From Chloroflexota bacterium (GTDB taxonomy: Bacteria; Chloroflexota; Dehalococcoidia; JACPPY01), in contig JACPPY010000072.1 in the NCBI GenBank assembly GCA_016190755.1, forward strand, positions 37,458 to 101,457: a DNA stretch of 64,000 bases. The letters run 5' to 3'. The notes under the pieces are model-generated. The model saw only the letters and a list, made by a program, of their open reading frames with translations. It did not search any database and was not told where the DNA came from. This document shows positions 61,206-64,000 of the stretch, in pieces. Every line of letters begins with the position of its first letter. Positions within the stretch are counted from its first letter, which is position 1. The position numbers and the translations under genes are program-made.

Positions 61206-62302
61206 ACGAGGTTGCCGACGCTTATCAGGTAGACCGTGGATTCCTCTTTGCCGTCGACTCCCACTATTCGGTTCATCTCTTCATCAAAGAAGGCACCGAT
61301 GCCGCATGGACCCAGCCCCAGCGAGGTGGCCGCAAGGTACAGGTTTTCTCCCAGGTGCCCCGCGTCGAGAAGTATGTAGCGATAGGCACGGTCCTGGTAT
61401 TTCCAACGCGTACGCTGGAAGATGGCAGTTATTACAAACAAGACACCAGCCTTGAGCACCATGTCCTGCCCTCCGGTGCCGCCGAGCAGCGACGAGCGGT
61501 GGTCCCCTTCCTTGATCAGGTCGAGCGCATGGTCTTTGGGCTGGTAGTGGTAGACGCCGCTGGACAAGCCGGTCACCTCGTTCACGACAGGGTATATCTC
61601 CAAGGGATATAACCCTCCTGCGGAAGGGCTCGCCCGCAGTGGGTACGTCCGCTCGGTGATACCGTAGGCCGAGTGCAAAAGTACGGAAAGCTGTTCCAAG
61701 GTCAGGGGCTTGCCCGCGTACTCTCGGAGTGAACGTCTGCGCTGTACTGTCTCCCCGAAAGGCAACCCTTTGTAGTCTGTGATAGCTGGAAGGGGCATAC
61801 GTGGTGCAGAGGGGTAGTCTTTATACTGCGGCGGCTGTAGCCCCCATTGCAGGGGCTTCCGCAGGAAGGCTGTCACGCTTGGCTTGCTCCACTCGTGATA
61901 GGCCAGGCCCAGGTCTGCTCCCTCCAGCTCCGCAGGCAGGCCCCCCTGCACGAACCAACGCCCGAGGAAGAAACCGGCTATTCCGGTAACCCCCGAGATA
62001 AGGAAACTCCGGCGCGAAAGCGCTGACCGTCGCAGCTGGGAAGCCGGCATGGCGCTGTCCGGGAGGTAACGATGCCCGCTCCGCTCGCGCCTGCCCAACG
62101 CCGCCTTGATTCGCCCACGAAGTTGCTGCCGCCGAACAACGACGTGCCATAAAGCCAATGCCGCCAGAGAATATGCGCTGAGGCGATGGTACAGGCTGCG
62201 CGGAATTCCCAGATAGTCGGCCAGGAGCCCGGTTGTCGCGGTGACGGCAAATGCGAGCAGGAGTATAAGGAGCACGGCCAAATCGAACCTTTTACCCAAC
62301 AT
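61202..62302 (-). CDS. SagB/ThcOx-type nitroreductase-fold dehydrogenase with N-terminal membrane domain
   Basis: 366 aa. Two TM helices, then an SRRSFLISGVTGIAGFFLG segment. SagB-like core (RRRSLREY...LRASPSAGGLYPLEIY...GVYHY...AGHLGENLYLAA..LGLG.CGIGAFFD). Confidence 0.75.
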   Translation of the reverse strand: MLGKRFDLAVLLILLLAFAVTATTGLLADYLGIPRSLYHRLSAYSLAALALWHVVVRRQQLRGRIKAALGRRERSGHRYLPDSAMPASQLRRSALSRRSFLISGVTGIAGFFLGRWFVQGGLPAELEGADLGLAYHEWSKPSVTAFLRKPLQWGLQPPQYKDYPSAPRMPLPAITDYKGLPFGETVQRRRSLREYAGKPLTLEQLSVLLHSAYGITERTYPLRASPSAGGLYPLEIYPVVNEVTGLSSGVYHYQPKDHALDLIKEGDHRSSLLGGTGGQDMVLKAGVLFVITAIFQRTRWKYQDRAYRYILLDAGHLGENLYLAATSLGLGPCGIGAFFDEEMNRIVGVDGKEESTVYLISVGNLV

Positions 62303-62780
62303 TGGATAGCCTCCCCCCTTTGTATCACGGCAACGTATGATCCTATAGGCACGCCGGGGTTTATTGGTGGTCTAATATCGGGTTAGCAGTTAGCTGGTCG
62401 GAGTTATCAAACGATGTGAGGGCTGATATTAACCGCTGAAAGGCAAGCCAAATTGTGCCTTCACTAGGGATGCGGCGCTGAAGAGGAAGAGAAGGTTGGC
62501 AGCTATCAAGGTGGCACAAGTTCTCGCAGCGAGTGAACACCATATCTTGCCAACTCCGGAGACATATCGACATGAGGACGCTACTGCCACTGCTCACGGT
62601 AACTGCATGACTCCCGCCGCGCTACTCCCGCGACGCAGGCGCAGCGCGGCGACACCACAATGCTATCTGCGCGAATGGCGGACAGCCAAAAAGGCTAAGC
62701 GATGCATGACGAAAAGGGGTCAAGGCCATATGACGAAATCGGCCGTGGCCGGACCGCCCATTGGGCCAATTAGTGCTGAA

Positions 62781-63197
62781 TTAGCCGCTCTGGCCATACC
62801 GCGTGCCCCTGCCAGCCGAAGTCTTACTCAATAATCCTCTATCAATCAGTTTCCTGAGGCCGATCCTGATAGTCTGCGGTGAATAGCTTCGCCCCTTTTC
62901 CGCCAGATGCTGGTTGATCTCTCTGGCCGATTTCGCCTGGCTAAGGAAACCGGCATTCAGCGCAGCCTGAATAGCGCCAACAGAGGAAACACGTCTCCTC
63001 CGCCTATATGCCCGGCGCACTGCTTTTCCGGTGTCCTTTGTCACCCCCTTTGCGGGGATGATTTGCAACTCTTGTGGCACACTTTGCAACCCTTTGGCCG
63101 CCGCAAAGCGTTCCAGGTATTCCCTGACAAAGTCTACCGGACCTTCTAGTTGAAAGTTGCCCTCTTTCAGGTTTATGACAGCTTTGGCCTGATCCAT
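62781..63197 (-). CDS. Hypothetical protein with basic linker and winged-helix-like C-terminus
   Basis: Track ORF trimmed to ATG 63197 (RBS GGAGGTGA). 138 aa with an RRAYRRRRR stretch. The C-terminus (SAREINQHLAEKGRSYSPQTIRIGLRKLIDRGLL) looks like a DNA-binding wHTH. Confidence 0.45.
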   Translation of the reverse strand: MDQAKAVINLKEGNFQLEGPVDFVREYLERFAAAKGLQSVPQELQIIPAKGVTKDTGKAVRRAYRRRRRVSSVGAIQAALNAGFLSQAKSAREINQHLAEKGRSYSPQTIRIGLRKLIDRGLLSKTSAGRGTRYGQSG

Positions 63198-63483
63198 AAT
63201 CAGCATCACCTCCAAGGGAAATTTGATTGCATATAATAATAACACCTTATCATATTGTTGAAAAGACCCCTAGACGGCACAAGGCAGGGCATATTCATGT
63301 ATCCCTTTTGACTCCCAAAACTGAACACTCCATCGGGATGGGGTAACTACTTGATCAAAGGCATCTCACCTGTCACGCCCATCGTCGTCAACTAGAGAAC
63401 CAGGTTCAAGACGCCGCAAGGCTACAATATGAATATTGCGTTGAAAACATTATCGCTAACTACTTTGTTGCTATGTATTCTTT

Positions 63484-63846
63484 TCACCCTTCAACGGCGT
63501 TTTCGATGATTTCAATGCGCGTCGGTTTTCCCTTGCTGTCCAATTCTACGGCCACCACGTCTATGCGCCAGTCTTCCGGCAGGCTGTTGTGCGAACCCAG
63601 GTACAAGAGAGCTGCCTTAATCATTCTGCCACGCTTAGCGGTGGTGATGGACTCCTCCGGTGTGCCGAAGGCATCGCTCGTCTTGGTGCGCACCTCGACA
63701 AAGACCATGCAATCGCCCTGCCGGGCCACGATATCCACCTCACCTTCCCGGCAGCGGTAGTTGCGCTCCACCAGCCGGTAGCCGCGCTTCTTCAGATGGT
63801 CGGCGGCCAGTTTTTCACCCAGCGCGCCGAGTCGCTGACGTTCCAT
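63484..63846 (-). CDS. yraN: YraN-family (UPF0102) endonuclease-like protein
   Basis: 120 aa. Pattern GEKLAADHLKKRGYRLVERNYRCREGEVDIVARQGDCMVFVEVRTKT. Confidence 0.8.
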   Translation of the reverse strand: MERQRLGALGEKLAADHLKKRGYRLVERNYRCREGEVDIVARQGDCMVFVEVRTKTSDAFGTPEESITTAKRGRMIKAALLYLGSHNSLPEDWRIDVVAVELDSKGKPTRIEIIENAVEG

Positions 63847-64000
63847 TTAGATAAGAGCTGCCCGCACCGGCGCAAAGGACTGGCGGTGGATCGGGCTTGG
63901 GCCGAGCTTGTGCAGACACTCCAGGTGGTCCACCGTGCCGTAGCCTTTGTGTCTTGCCAACCCGTAGCCGGGGTATTTCTCATCCAATGTGACCATCAGG
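63847..64000 (-). CDS. rnhB: Ribonuclease HII, C-terminal fragment (gene continues beyond window)
   Basis: My own translation of the minus strand gives ...[45 protein letters not shown]. The stop at 63847-63849 abuts the yraN ATG. This frame is not in the ORF track. Confidence 0.75.
   Translation of the reverse strand, partial: LMVTLDEKYPGYGLARHKGYGTVDHLECLHKLGPSPIHRQSFAPVRAALI

Overview
GC-rich bacterial chromosomal window with about 58 protein genes. I found no rRNA, tRNA or CRISPR array by eye. Taxonomy is inference only: the many lipoproteins with Pro/Thr linkers and the gene content suggest a Chloroflexota-like anaerobe or facultative organism.

Layout:
- 0-9 kb: housekeeping genes (DUF4349/PKD lipoprotein, ftsK, RNase J, family-4 UDG, and a TlpA-CcdA-CcmH cytochrome c maturation thiol-redox set).
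- 9.1-23.4 kb: a convergent anaerobic catabolic island built around an orphan glycyl-radical enzyme (GRE). It also holds two family III CoA-transferases, an amidohydrolase-2, an SDR, a cytoplasmic molybdopterin enzyme, a tungsten-type AOR, an OYE/FeS/FAD reductase and an MmgE/PrpD protein. No GRE activase lies anywhere in the window. This is my best candidate for an undescribed system.
- 23.4-24.3 kb: a decayed junction with a truncated GIY-YIG gene and a palindromic repeat.
- 24.3-34.5 kb: an extracytoplasmic redox neighbourhood. It contains a collagen-repeat diheme cytochrome c, a NarL-type two-component system, a PQQ sugar dehydrogenase, a beta-propeller-cupredoxin fusion, and a secreted protein with a (A)CPHA(K/R) triple repeat and a 110-aa PT tail.
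- 35-44.7 kb: two plus-strand operons that share a 35/37-identical box upstream of near-consensus promoters. One encodes an SBP, aminohydrolase, hydantoinase-type enzyme and carbamoylase. The other encodes a crotonase, Hbd, thiolase and DUF35 protein.
- 45-64 kb: mobB-moeA-mobA, two MBL paralogs, pepA, GH57, a translin-like protein, thiE, an MFS transporter, a SagB-type dehydrogenase with GAF kinase and NarL regulator, yraN and a partial rnhB.

All family calls rest on motif and architecture recognition from the translated ORFs. No database search was possible, and several start codons are uncertain.
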